A stretch of 54,046 nucleotides of DNA, from NCBI GenBank assembly GCA_016618085.1, contig JABLTG010000141.1:1-54046 (forward strand), in the 5' to 3' direction. The notes beneath the pieces were generated by a model. The model did not search any database. It worked only from the letters and a program-made list of their open reading frames with translations, and was not told the DNA's origin. Shown one piece after another: positions 1 to 13,313 of the stretch. Origin of the DNA: Neovahlkampfia damariscottae (Eukaryota). Numbering within the stretch: the stretch's first letter is position 1; each line of letters starts with the position of its first letter. The position numbers and the translations under genes are program-made.

Positions 1-47
1 CCTTTTGTTCATCTAGAAAATACTGAAAAAGATCTCAAGTATTTAAA

Positions 48-1150
48 ATGTCCAAACAGCTCAAATTGGATTCATTTTGGAAAGAAAAAAATGTTACTTC
101 AACATCAACAACAGAAGTGATAAAAAAGAGAAAACTTGAAGAAACAAAAGAAACAGGAAATATGAAATCAACATAAACAAGGAAAAGATTCGTATCCTTT
201 TTGGTGGACTAAAGAAAAAGAAGACATGCTACAAGTGAAAAGTATACCTTCAAGTTCTTCTTCTTCAGTTGACAAGAATATTTGTTGGACAAAAAAGTTG
301 GTAGAACAATCTTCATTAACAGAAGGTGTTTTATTTTCATCAAAAGATGTTCCAAAAGAAAACAAACAAGTTTCACATAAAACTGGTTTATCAAAAAAAC
401 AACTTGATACAGATGAAATTATTCGATCAAGAAAAATTCTTTTAAAACCAACAAGTGAACAAAAGAAAAAAATACAAGAATGGATGAGAATTATTCGATT
501 CGTTTACAATTTAACTCATCATTTTGTTGAAGATCTTGGATATGATGCAAATTTTATGTTATTGAAAAAGATTATTTTAAATGCAGATAAGAATCCAGAA
601 TCTTCAAAATACCCTTGGTTGTTCAATAGAAAATTGAAAAAAATACCATGAGATGCTTTAGATTATGCTATTCAGCAATATGTCTGTGATGTTCACAGTT
701 CAACAGAAATGTTGAAAGAAAAACAAAAGAAAACAAACAAAAAAATCAAATTAGAAGCAAACATGAAAAAAGAACTGAAAAAATGTCTCAAAGTGTTGGA
801 ATACCAGTCAATGGTGGTAAACCAAGTATTAAAGGAATGAAGAAGGATTTTTCTTTTGGCCATCTTACAAACTTGGAGCATTAAAAACTGCTCAAAAAAG
901 AGAAATTAAAAGATTATCTAATGTAGTTGGTAAAGAATCAAGTGATAGAACTTGTATTTTAAAATATCAACATGGAAGATATTATTCCATTTGTTGCAAA
1001 AATTAAGAAAAAAGATGAAAAAGAGAAAAAAATTATTGCACTTGATCCTGGAGTGAGAACATTTCAAACAGGATTTGATAACTTTTGAAAATTTACGGAA
1101 TATGGAAAAGGTGATGTTTCAAAATTACAAAAAGAGTTGATGAAAAAAAA
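48..1150 (+). pseudogene. tnpB: Decayed Fanzor2 (IS607 TnpB-like RNA-guided nuclease), frameshifted and 3'-truncated
   Basis: ORF 226-651 has the TnpB N-terminal helix motif IIRSRKILLKPTSEQKKKIQEWMRIIRFVYN. RuvC-I motif IIALDPGVRTFQTGFD at about 1032-1079 (Asp codon at 1044). In-frame stops (649, about 1086) and frameshifts. RuvC-II/III and zinc finger are absent; the remnant abuts the stop of the actin-like gene. Confidence 0.85.
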
Positions 1151-2149
1151 TTAAAAAATTTTTCTTATTCTTGGAAAAGAGGGACCTGATTCATCATATT
1201 CTTCTTTTGACAACCAACATTGTTGAAATGTGCTCATATGAGAGATGATTCTTCCACCAAATAATTTTGAACCAATTTTATCTTTTGGTTCAACAAATAT
1301 TGGTGTCACTTTTGGATTTAATTCTTTTGATAATTTTGTTTTAAATCCTTTAAAATTACATGTTCCTCCAGTTAAAATAATATTTTCCCATAAAAATCTT
1401 CTTGATTCAATAAAATGTAATTCAATATGTTTTGTGATCATATCTTGAATTCCTGGTTCACTTACTCCACAAATTGAAGAATTAAACAATAATTCAGGAG
1501 CTAATAAGCAATTTTTGTTCAATTTTAATTCATTTCCATCTGGTAATTGAATTAGTTCTTCTGTGAAATTTTTCATATCTTTTACTAGATCATTTGAAAA
1601 AGAACAATAAGTTTCTTTGAGATATTGAGCATTTTCATATGATATTTTATTCTCTTTAAATGACTCAACAATATATTTTGTTACAAATGAACCAGTCATT
1701 TTAGTTGAATCATCATTTAAACTTTTTCTTTTTCTTCCATCCAGAAATGAGGAACATGTTGTTTGTCCATCACCACAATCCAAAACTAAACCTGTAGTTC
1801 TACCTGTTACATATAATAATTCACGATTTGTATTTGAATAATAAGCAGCAGGTACATTAAAAGTTTCAAAAAAAATTTGTGTCATTTTTTCTATTGATTT
1901 TGGCAAAATATTTGGATTTAAACAACAATACAAAGGGTATTCTTCAGGTTGAATTTTTAAAAAATCATAAAAAATTTGATGACTTAATTTTTCAAAATTA
2001 TCAAAGTTTGTGATGTCTGAATTCTCAAAAACTTGTGAATTTTCATTTGATTTTTTGGTTTGTATTGGGTTTTCTTTTTTATTTAAGATGAATTTTGTAG
2101 TGTCATTTCCAAAGTCCACAACTATTGTCAACAAATCTTCTTCACTCAT
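1151..2149 (-). CDS. Divergent actin-related protein, intronless
   Basis: VVDFGNDTTK, QIFFETFNVPA, GRTTGLVLDCGDG, NIILTGG, STFQQCWLSKEEYDESGP. Likely ATG at 2149. Confidence 0.9.
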   Translation of the reverse strand: MSEEDLLTIVVDFGNDTTKFILNKKENPIQTKKSNENSQVFENSDITNFDNFEKLSHQIFYDFLKIQPEEYPLYCCLNPNILPKSIEKMTQIFFETFNVPAAYYSNTNRELLYVTGRTTGLVLDCGDGQTTCSSFLDGRKRKSLNDDSTKMTGSFVTKYIVESFKENKISYENAQYLKETYCSFSNDLVKDMKNFTEELIQLPDGNELKLNKNCLLAPELLFNSSICGVSEPGIQDMITKHIELHFIESRRFLWENIILTGGTCNFKGFKTKLSKELNPKVTPIFVEPKDKIGSKLFGGRIISHMSTFQQCWLSKEEYDESGPSFPRIRKIF

Positions 2150-2259
2150 TTCTGTGATTGGTGGAAGTAATCTGGTAGTTTTTCTGAGAAAATATGAGTT
2201 TAAAGATATCAATGCTCAATTTAATTTCTTTTATTTCCTTTTGACAATGAATTTCGACT

Positions 2260-2727
2260 TTAATACAATTTTCGTTTTCTAGGTCCAAGTGCAGAACAAT
2301 ACAATGAGTAAAAAGTAATTCCAATTGTCCATAAAACACTTGGAAACCAAAAAAATAACAATAAAATACAACCAATAAAAAATGTCTTCACTGATCCAAA
2401 TTCCAAAAAAAACAAACTATCATTTTGATGACCCTGTTATGTTAAAAAAAAAAAGTTCAAAAAAAAACATACTAAATTTGAAGGATCTGCTCGAAAATGT
2501 AAATCTTCTTTTTCAAAAAAATCCCATGTTGTTGATATTTTTACAAATTGGAATGTGCTTAAAATTAATATTGAAGCAGGTGGAAAAAAAAATAAAAAGA
2601 AACAAAAACAAAGTATTTTGAATAAAGGCCAAAGAAAAACTTCAAATATCTCAGAAAGAGCATCAATAATTCCATGAATAATACCTAATATAAGTGATGA
2701 AATAAATTGTACAACTTTTTTTATCAT
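2260..2727 (-). CDS. Small membrane protein, Pmp3/UPF0057-like, paralog 1 (1 intron)
   Basis: Spliced translation FFFPPASILIL...EKEDLHFRADPSNL|GHQ...FFIGCILLLFFWFPSVLW; aligns with the neighbouring gene and shares its intron position. Confidence 0.65.
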
Positions 2728-2831
2728 CACCTTGTTTAAAGATATGATTGGTTGAATAATTTGGTTTTATAATTTTCTTTTTTTTTCAAAGATTTAATCA
2801 GTTTTTTTCAAATTTATTATAATTTTTTTTT

Positions 2832-3323
2832 TTAATAGATAAGTTGATAATCTTGGGCATATTCATTTTCATGGAAACAACAAGAATAAAAAGCATAAAT
2901 AGTCAAACCTACTGACCAAATAATCGAAGGAATCCAAAAAAAAACCAATAAAATACAACCAATAATAAACGCTCGAAAATGTCCAGTCTCTAAATAAAAT
3001 CCTGCACCATAATCATGTCCCTTTTTACAGTATTAATATTTTTGTGTTTACTTGGCTTGATGGATCCGCTCTTGCATATAAATCTTCTCTTTCTAAAAAT
3101 CTCCAAGTTCCGGATGTTTTTGCCAATGGCCAAGATGCCAGAATTACAATAGCAGTAGGTGGAAAAACAACATAAATAAAAAATAAACCTCCAACTACAA
3201 ATGGTAGACAACATAAAAATACGCAACAACAACAAATACATCCAAATATGTATACACTACAATCAATACAACAATCCCAATCTTATGAATTAAATAGTTC
3301 AAAGTTAGCTTACCAATCGCCAT
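2832..3323 (-). CDS. Small membrane protein, Pmp3/UPF0057-like, paralog 2, Cys-rich N-terminus (2 introns)
   Basis: MAIDWDCCIDC...CICCCCVFLCCLP...VVFPPTAIVIL...EREDLYARADPSSQ|GHD...FIIGCILLVFFWIPSIIW. Not captured by the ORF track. Confidence 0.7.
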
Positions 3324-3395
3324 TTCTATAAATTGTTACAAAAAAAAAATTCCACCAATCAAGTTTCTTCATTTTTTACTTCATTAAAAAACTGA

Positions 3396-4367
3396 ATGTT
3401 CAAAAGAACGATTAAATTATTCAACGAGATCCCAAAAAAATTTTTACCACCAACAAAAGAAGCAAGAAGAAAAAAAAATATTATTTTAACAGCTGCACTT
3501 CTAACTTCAACTTCTGTAATATTATACAACTCATATCAAACTGTGCCTATAAATGAAAGAAATAGATTTATTTTAGTACCAACTTTTTTTGATGAAATAA
3601 TGGGTAATCACATGTTAAATCTTGTGAAACAGGAATATCCAGAAGTGGATGATAACCATCCAGTACTTTTTGACATCAAATTGACATTTTGTTTTAGCAA
3701 TCGAAAAGAATAAAACGAATTGGAAATAGGATTAAAGAAATATGTGGAACTGAAACAAATTTCAATTGGGAATTTTGTTTAATTGATGGTCCAATTTTAA
3801 ATGCGTTTTGCTTACCAGGTGGTAAAGTTGTTTTTTATTCTGAGTTGCTAAATCTATTCTCAAATGATGATGAAATAGCTGGTATTATGGCTCATGAAAT
3901 TGGACACGCACTTTGTCGTCACAATGCTGAACAAATTACAAGTTTGATTTTTTATTTTTTCAACACTAAAACTCTCAGGTTTAGGAGTGATTTCCATAGT
4001 CAGATTTTTGATCATGGAAACATTTTTTAAAGAATCAAAATTTGTCAACTCTGTTTATTCATTATTATTCACATTACCAAAGCAAAGAAGAATGGAATAC
4101 GAAGCAGATTTTGTTGGCATTCATTTGATGTCCAGAGCATGTTATAACCCATATAAAATGATTAGTGCATTTGAAAAATTGAAGGAATCTTCACCACAAG
4201 AACAAGATCGAATTCAATTATATTTTTCAACTCATCCTTCATTAGATGATCGTTTAGAAAAATTTAAAGATGAAATACCTTATGCAGTTAAAGAATTTGA
4301 AAATTTTTGTGAAAAAAAAAAATCAAAAAAAGAGATCAAAAAATGGTATGAAAATTTTGAAAAATAA
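3396..4367 (+). CDS. OMA1: Mitochondrial M48 metalloprotease OMA1-like (introns)
   Basis: LNAFCLPGGKV, AHEIGHA zinc motif, EYEADFVG, FSTHPS; basic N-terminus plus TM segment. Confidence 0.9.
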
Positions 4368-4424
4368 AATAAATTTTATTGTCCAATCGTTTGTCTGTAA
4401 ACTTCAAAAAATTTTGTGAAAAAC

Positions 4425-5023
4425 ATGCAAGTAAAAAAAGAGGAAAACAGTTTGTATAAAAATACTTTGAATATTCCACCACAATCAAATGTAGTTGATG
4501 GTGAAGAAGAAAGTAGATTACTTGAAGATATTATGTTTAGAGTTTGAGAATATAAAATTAAAAAAAAAAAAAAGACAGGAAAAGGATATTTAGCAGCAGC
4601 AGGAGGTGGTGCAACATGGGGTTTAATTAAAGGTATAACTTCAGGAGGTGGTTCTATAAAATTAAGTATCAATTCTGTTTTGAATGAAATTGGAAAAAGA
4701 TCAATTAAATGGGGTAATGGAACTGCAGTTGCTCGTAATTAATTTTTAATTTTAAAAAAAAAATAGTTTTGATGTATCAAGGTATGGAATTCGGTATAAA
4801 TTATGTTAGAGATGTTGAGTATGATCCATTGACACCAATTGCTTCAGGTTTTCTCACAGGAGCAATTTATAGAAGTCGTTTTGGGTTAGTATCAGCATTA
4901 CTTGGTTCAGTAATTGGTGGAACACTGTCATTTGGAATTGAATATTATGACCAACCAAAATTTTATCCAATGTTCCAAAAGAGAATCAATTATTTGAAAA
5001 AGAAATATTTTAAAAAAGAATAA
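4425..5023 (+). CDS. TIM23: Tim17/22/23-family translocase subunit, Tim23-like (2 introns)
   Basis: TGKGYLAAAGGGATWGLIKG, KLSINSVLN...GN, ASGFLTGAIYRS Gly-rich TM motifs. Confidence 0.8.
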
Positions 5024-5035
5024 ATTTTATTTTTT

Positions 5036-8000
5036 TTACCAATTTAAAAAATTTGGTTCATTTGTTTCTTCTACAACTTTAAGTTCTTCTTCTTGATCAA
5101 AAATAGAATTTGATTGGTCACCACCAAAAATATCAAATGATGATGATTCATTTGATTTTTGATCAAATAATTCTTCAGTTTCATCTTCAAATGGATCTTC
5201 TTCTTCATCAATATCAAGAAAGTTTTCTTCTGATTGATTATCATCTTCTTCTGAAGCATCATTTGATTTGATGTCATCTTCTTCTTCTTCTTCTTCAAAA
5301 TCATTTGAAAATCCATCTTCGTCTTCCATGAATAATGAACTTTTTACATTTTTTTGTTCATTTTCATTTTTTAGTTTTGTAAATTGATCAAGTATTTTAG
5401 TTGCAAAAACACAAACAAATGAATCATGTTGATTGTAAATGAATGCATTTTTCTTCATTAATTCAATATCTTTTTCCATTTCTTCAATTGAAGTATATTC
5501 ATTATATTCAATTTTTTCTTTGATATCATCAAAACAGATTGGATTTTGAATCAATTTATAATAATCTGGATAAACTTGTTTTGAAGGTAATTCCATGAAT
5601 AATGAACAAATCCATGTATCATCCTCATACATCATTGTAATTTTTTCATACCAAGAAATTAATAATTTTTGTAAAGGAGTGTCAATTGATTTCTTTTTCT
5701 TTTTTCTTTTTTCTTTTGTCACAGAAGAAGATGATCTTTTTCTTTTTTTTTCAACAAATTCTGAATCTTTTTCTTCTTCTTTAATGATTGCATTGGTATC
5801 ATTTCCTGTTTCTTCAAATGATTCAACAAAATTTGAATCTTGATTTCTTGATTTTCTATGACCTCTTCCATAATAAAATTCTTCTTCTTTTTCTTCTTTA
5901 ATAACAAATGATTTTGTTAACCATTCAGGAAGTTCTTTTTCATCAACCATTAAACGACTTTGTACTGGTAAATTTTGTATACTCCAAAATTCTTTTTCTC
6001 TTTCTTCTTCATCTCTATCATATTTTTGAAAGATTTCAAATTCATCACCTCTCGCAAGCATTTGATTTAACATTTCATCATCTGGTACTTCTGATTCAAC
6101 TAATTCATCAGTTTTTAATAAAATAGTTTCAAGCATTTCTTGACGTTGTGTTGATGTTGAACTTTGATCAAACATTCCAGCTTTAATGACTTTTGCTTCT
6201 GCATCTCTTTTTTCTTGTGCTCTTTCAAATATTTTTTCTTCAACAGGTGATGATGTAACAAGAATAAAAACTCTAACTGCTCTTTTTTGACCAATTCTAT
6301 GAGCTCTTGCCATAGCTTGTAAATCTTGTTGTGGATTCCAATCTGAATCAAAAATGATAACAGTATCACTTCCTTGAAGATTTAATCCAAGTCCACCAGC
6401 TCTTGTTGATAATAAAAAGACGAAATAAGGAGAATCTTCTTCATTGAATTTTTTAACTAATGCACCTCTTGATTCAGCTTTAACATTTCCATCAAGTCTT
6501 AAAAATTGATATCCTTTCACCGCCAAATAGTATCCTAAAATATCCAACAAAGAAGTCATTTGTGAAAAGATTAAGACTTTATGACCTTGTGATTTTAATT
6601 TTGGTAACATTCTATTTAATAATTCAAACTTTCCAGATGTTCTAATAATATCAGTTGGTTCAAAAGAAGACCAATCATCAAAAAACAAAAATGGATGATT
6701 ACAAACTTTTCTAAGTTGCATTACAGAATTATTAAGTGATTTATGTCTATATTTTCCCTTTTCATCAGATGCAATTGAATTTTTGTTTTGAATTTGTTCA
6801 TATAATTTCTTTTGTAAAACAGATAAATGACATCTAATAACTATTTCAACTTTTTCAGGTAATTGATCTTCAACATCTTTTTTTTCTCTTCTTAATAAAA
6901 ATGGACGTAAAACTTGATGTAATCTTTGAATAATTAATAAATTTTCTTCTTCTGTCATTTGAAGTTTTTGTGAAGTTTCTGAATCCATTCCTTTAAAAGG
7001 ACTATTAAACCATGTTTCAAAATTTGAAGAATTATCAAAAATTGTTGGTAATAAAAAGTTTAAAAGTGCCCATAACTCTTTTAAATCATTTTGTAAAGGT
7101 GTTCCTGTTAATAATAAACGATGTTCTGATTTATATTGTTTTAAATCAAGTACCAATTTACAATCCTTATTTTTAATTCGATGTCCTTTTTAAAATGTTA
7201 ATCAATCTTTTTTACCTTCATCAATAATGATATATTCCCATGGTAATTTCTTTAATATTCTTTTATCTTTTGTTACATATTCATATTGTGTCAAAAGAAC
7301 ATTAAAGTCTCTATTTCTAATTTCATTTTTTTCTAATTGTTTTCTTGTTGATTGTGCTCCTGCATATTTTATAACTTTTATATGTGGAGCCCAACGTTCA
7401 AATTCAATTCTCCAATTTTCAAGTGTAGAAAGTGGTACAATTACTAAATAAGGTCCTGGATTAGATTTATATTCCATCAAATAAGTGATAAGACTAACAG
7501 TTTGAATAGTTTTTCCTAAACCCATCTATTAAAAAAAAATTTAAAAAAAAAAAAAAAAACTTCATCAGCCAGAATACCATTCAACTTATTGTTATATAAA
7601 GAAACAAGCCATTGTAAACCTGAAATTTGATATTTTTTTAATTTACCAAATGCCAAAGTTGAAGGTTGTGATTCAATTTTTTCTGTTAATCGATGAGCAA
7701 CTGTATAATATGCTTTTTCATTATGAAGAAAACGTTCAACTACACCTTTTGGTTTATCACCCATTTCATCTTTAATTTCATCTTCATTTCCATCTTGTTT
7801 TATTCTTTCATTGACTAATTGAGCTCCTAAGTTTGATAAACATTCATCTGTTTGTTTAATCAATTGTAAAAGACGATCTTCTTTTGCAGAAACTAACATT
7901 TCATAATATGCTTCAGAATCATTTTCTTTAAGTGCTTTTAATCTGGCTCTTTCTTCTTTTTCTTTTTTTTCTCTTTCTACTCTTGCTTTTTTTTCAAAAT

Positions 8001-9033
8001 AACTTAAAAGTTCTTTGTTTAATTTTTCAACTAATCTTTGTTTTTCTTTATGAAATAAATGAAATTTCTTTCTTTGATTCAAAATTTCATTTAAATATTT
8101 TCTATGTTTATTTCTTTTTCTTGTGTCTGGATCAACTTCAACTCTTCTTCTTGGATTTGGTAAAGAAATCATTTTTCTATTATAATCTTTTGCATCTACA
8201 TTTCTTTTACTTCTTCTCATACCAGGATTGTTATTATATTTTTCCATTTCTATTCTTTTATATTCATTTACAAAATTGGTACGTAATTCTTTTTGGAGTC
8301 TTAATAAAGTCAATGATTTTAATTGAACTGCTGCATTTATTTTTGTTTCAGTTTTTTCTGAAGGAGTTGTGATGATTTGTTTAAGTTCTTCAAATTTTGT
8401 TTTAATTCTGAGTTGAATTCTTCTTTCTCTTTCATAAAACAATGTCTGTAAATCCAATCCACTATTACTTGGTTTCTTTTGAAAATGTTAAGATATTTCT
8501 TTTTTTTACGTATTGAGCATTGGAAGACATACCAAAATTTGAGTTGGAAATTGAGTTTACTCCAGGTGCTTGAGAAGTTGGTTTGTACAATAATTCATAT
8601 TCTCTTAAAGATTTTTCAGCATTATTTCCTCTGATAGCTGGATACAAAGCAGGTGGTATATCAACGTTTTTATGAAGGTGATGTTTGAATGCATAAATTT
8701 GAGCTCTTAATTGATCATATTGTGGTTTTGTTAAGTTGGTTGAGTTTACAACTGAAGAAGAGCTTGGTATAAGTGTCGGAGTTGATTTGAGCTGAGAAGT
8801 AGGATTTTCGGTTGGAATACCTTGTTTTTGTTTTATTAGCATAATCTGTTGTTTTAAAATCTTAACAAGTTTCTCATATCTATGCAGAAAGTTTAAAAAA
8901 TGGAACGAACTTACTTCGGATCAGATAAATCCTTTCCTTCTTTCTTTAATTTATCAACTGCGTCGTATATCTTTGAAAGTTGCTCCTTTGGGAGCAATAC
9001 GTGTGTTTTAAGCTTTTGATCGTCCATGTTCAT
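5036..9033 (-). CDS. SNF2: SWI/SNF ATPase (BRG1/BRM/Snf2): QLQ, HSA, SNF2 helicase, bromodomain
   Basis: [62 protein letters not shown], bromodomain [12 protein letters not shown]; several short introns. Confidence 0.96.
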
Positions 9034-9474
9034 TAACTTTCTATTTTGAATCCAAATAACGGTTTTTTTTGTTCTTGGTCTTGCTTTGTTCAAAGACGAA
9101 AATTACTGGACAGTGATTGTTCTATTTTTAGAATCAAGGATTTGTTCAAAAAGATTAATACAAACCTTTGTATGGTGAGTATTGATCCAGACAATATTTC
9201 CATACCTTTTAGGAATGTATAATAATCAATTGAACAAAGCTTTTATTTGCATGTTGATGCTGCTGAAAGAGAAAAACGAAAAAGTGTCCATAACTGAACA
9301 TCCAATCAGAGAATCAGAATTAGATTTTTTTGTCGAAAAAATTATTTTATTTTTTTTCAAATTCCTTAAAAACTTCTGAAAAAACAGAGAAAACCAAGAA
9401 CTTTTTTTTTTATTTTCGGCAAAGAAAAAAAAAATAATCTAAGAATAAAAGGGATTTTTTAAAACGCAAAAATT

Positions 9475-10066
9475 TTAATCAAAAGGTGAACTGGATGTTA
9501 AACCAAAAGCGTTGGATGCATCTGGTTGATTTTCCATTAATGAGTCTTGTGCAGAAATTACTCTCAACACGACTTTCTTTGAACTCTCTTGAATATCTCC
9601 ATTTAAAAAAACTTCGTCCATAATAAAATAAGCTTTGTGGAAATTGAAAATTAAATCCAACTCACAAACATTTCCGAAATAACGATCTAAAATTTCGACA
9701 TAATGATGAATCATCTAAAAAAAAAATAAATTAAAAAAATCAATTCGCACCTCCATGGTAATTAGTTCATTATCAGTAGAATCCACACAAACTATAAAAT
9801 ACAAACTTGCATATCTATTTTTAAAAATAAGTTAAAAAAGAATTTCAGACCTTTTATAAATAACTTTTTGATCTTTGTAATCTAAAAAATTACATAATTT
9901 TGATGGTCGTCCAATAACCTTAAAATTTTAATTTTAATTTTTTTTTTTAAACCATGTGACATATTTCTTTGATATGTCTTTCTCTTTCTTTCATAGTGTA
10001 TGGTTTATACCATTTTGCAAGACGAACTTTTCCTTGACGACTCACCATTAATGCAAAGTGAATCAT
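9475..10066 (-). CDS. AP1S: AP-1 adaptor small (sigma) subunit (3 introns)
   Basis: [47 protein letters not shown]. Confidence 0.92.
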
Positions 10067-10153
10067 GTTGTTTTATCTTCAAGCTTGAAAAAAAAAAAAT
10101 ATAATTGGTGGAACATTTTTCAACCAATTATTTTGTAATCTGTTTTTCCACAC

Positions 10154-10481
10154 ATGAAGTCAAAAATACCTGCACAAGTAGAACAAGTACCATTTCCAGA
10201 ATTACCAAAGAGGCCTACAAATTACTTCAAAACAGAGTGTTTGATGAAAACAGGAAAATTTGGTGGTTTTACTAAACCTTCAACAGCAATTCTTCACGTA
10301 TGCTCTTTCATTGGATTAGGAATTTTTGCAAAATCTACATATGAATGGGTTATAGAACCATCCTGGAGAAAATCAGTTGGTGATTACTTTAAATTCACTT
10401 GGAACGGTATTTTTTTTTTTTTTAATTTTTTTTTTTTTTTTAGAAATTAAATACGATTTTAAAAGAAGCAGTAAAAACTAA
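10154..10481 (+). CDS. Small hypothetical single-TM protein (1 intron)
   Basis: ATG after a CCAAT box, one hydrophobic segment, poly-T intron ending at TAG 10443. Confidence 0.55.
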
Positions 10482-10487
10482 TTTTTT

Positions 10488-11131
<644 letters not shown>

Positions 11132-11159
11132 TATTATCCAATAATTTCAAAACTAAGTT

Positions 11160-11819
11160 TTATTTATAATTGGTCATTTTTTAATCATCATGGTGATGGA
11201 TTTTTGGACCCATTTTATCACCATAAACTTTTCTAAGAGATTGGTCCAACAACCATTCAAAGCCATGATCAATTGGGTGAATAATTAAAGGAATTCTAAA
11301 CAATTAAAGGTATAATGACTTACGTTGATAAACCAAGTATTATAGGAGCAAATTTTGATTTCAAACCAGCTTTCAAAAAAAGTGGAGCTGAATGATGTAC
11401 AACTTGATGAATTATAGCGGCTAAGAAAAAAAGTAAATAAAATAAGAAATAAAAAAACCTGGAATCATCATGGAAGCAAAAGAGTGAAATATAGTTTGAT
11501 CTAATGCTGTGTAAAACATTGCTTCTTTTCCATGATCATGAGCATGGTAAGATTGAACTGTGATATCTGTCAAAACATAAGCCCATGAAACACCATATAA
11601 TCCTTTAATTATTAATGGTGATGCTACTGGTCGGAATGATTCTCCAAGTTCTGAAGCGTATGCAACACCTCTACTAGTTTGTAATAATTTTGGCATTGTT
11701 CTCATCACTGCTGCAACTCTGGATGTGTATGCAAGAGGTCTAATTTCATCAACTATCTCTTCAGTCCTTGTTCTATGTTCTTCTGGTATTTCTTCTTTTT
11801 TGTTTTGTTCTTCTGTCAT
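11160..11819 (-). CDS. MTFP1: Mitochondrial fission process protein 1 (MTP18)
   Basis: AYASELGESFRPV, YGVSWAYVLTD, FHSFASMMIP, IPLIIHPIDH. Confidence 0.88.
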
Positions 11820-12271
11820 TTTTTTTTGTGAAGTGAAAATTTTTGTAAAATTATTTAATTGGACAGTTCATTTTATGGATTTTTTTTGAATTTTCTAAAA
11901 TTAAATACGTTTACTTGAGTTCATTGTCGTGATAAAACAACTATACAACACTAAAATACTTCTCACAATTATGAGTTGTTTGGAAAGAATACAATCGGAG
12001 TTTTCTGCAAAAATCAATTTTTTTGTTTTCTATATCACAAATTCTATTTTAACTGTTAATGACAGTTCAATTCACAGACAGCTGAACTCTTTTTCAGGTT
12101 AAATAAAACACCCTGCCTTTGGAGTTCGTTTGTTTTTGATTGAGAAATCTTGATATTGCATTTGTTTTGTTTAGTCATCAATTGAATGTGGCGGATAAAG
12201 CAGAATTTATTGACCAATAGGAGACGAATTTCTAGATTTGATACATTCAACTTCATAACCAAACACAACCG

Positions 12272-13313
12272 ATGAAACTTTTTCTTGTGATTTGCTTTAT
12301 ATTTTTTTTCAAATTAGTAGTCAATGAGACAACAACAGATCCTCTTTTTCAAAGTTTTGATGTACAAACTTTAACTAACACAAAATTACAAAACTCCAAC
12401 ATCACAAAGGTGTTACTTCCACTGATAGAAAGATCAGATATTACACTTTTGCAAGGAATCGAAGGTAAAATAAAATGACAATTCAAATTTTTTTTTTACA
12501 ATTCAGACACTGTTGATATCACTAACCTCAAAGCACAAATCAACAAAGCAAGTTCAACTACTTATGAAGCAATTGTTGGAAAGAAATCATCTACTTCTTC
12601 AAATTATGATGCTTTCTATTATAAAAAAGATGTTTATACTGTTGTTAAAACTTTAAACTTTACAAATGCAGCTACAATTTTTGATCAAGAACCACTCATT
12701 GTTGAATTCCAACATATTGAATCAGGCACTAAATTCACTATTGTTGGTGTCCATACTATTAATGATGTCACAAAATCCCAAAACGAAATTTCACAACTTT
12801 GGAATGTTTACCAAGAATTCAAAAATGACACAGAAATTTTAGTATTTATGGGTAATTTTAGAGCTGGTTGTACTTATATTAACTCCGCAACTTTTTCAAA
12901 TTTGGAGTTCAGATCATCCTCCGAACTCACTTGGTTCATTGGAGATTCTACAACAACGTATTTAAAAGGTACATGCGCTTTTGATCGTATTGTATCAAAT
13001 GCAGGTTTTAGACATATTTCTGCAAGTTCAGGAGTAAGTTTATTCTTTATTTTCAACTTTTAAGGTCTACGACTACATTACTGCTTATAGTGTAGATTCA
13101 ACAACTAGAGCTCTCATTAGTGACCACTATCCAGTTCAAGTTACTGTAAAATTCCCACCAAAAGATAGTGTTCAATTTTATGTTGAATTGGCAATTATTG
13201 GAGGAAGTCTTTTAGTTTTCTTGTCAATTGTTTTGATTGGGTCAGTAGCTTTAATCATTGTGTTCACAATTATTGAAAAGAAAAAAGCTGCTTCTACAAC
13301 AAATACTGAATAA
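12272..13313 (+). CDS. DNase I-family protein with signal peptide and C-terminal TM anchor (2 introns)
   Basis: FDVQTLTNTKLQN, EPLIVEF, VGVHT, MGNFRAGCTYI, CAFDRIV, ISDHYPV follow the DNase I motif order; TM at about 13180-13275. Confidence 0.85.

Noticed and set aside
649..651. In-frame TGA in the Fanzor relic as Sec or recoding
   Set aside because: Surrounded by other stops and frameshifts; decay explains it.
9095..9270. Possible snoRNA/U3 in the long gap upstream of SNF2
   Set aside because: Only a lone CTGA and vague similarity; no convincing box set.
12094..12180. Minus-strand TGATGA...CTGA as a C/D snoRNA
   Set aside because: No terminal stem or recognisable rRNA guide; expected by chance.
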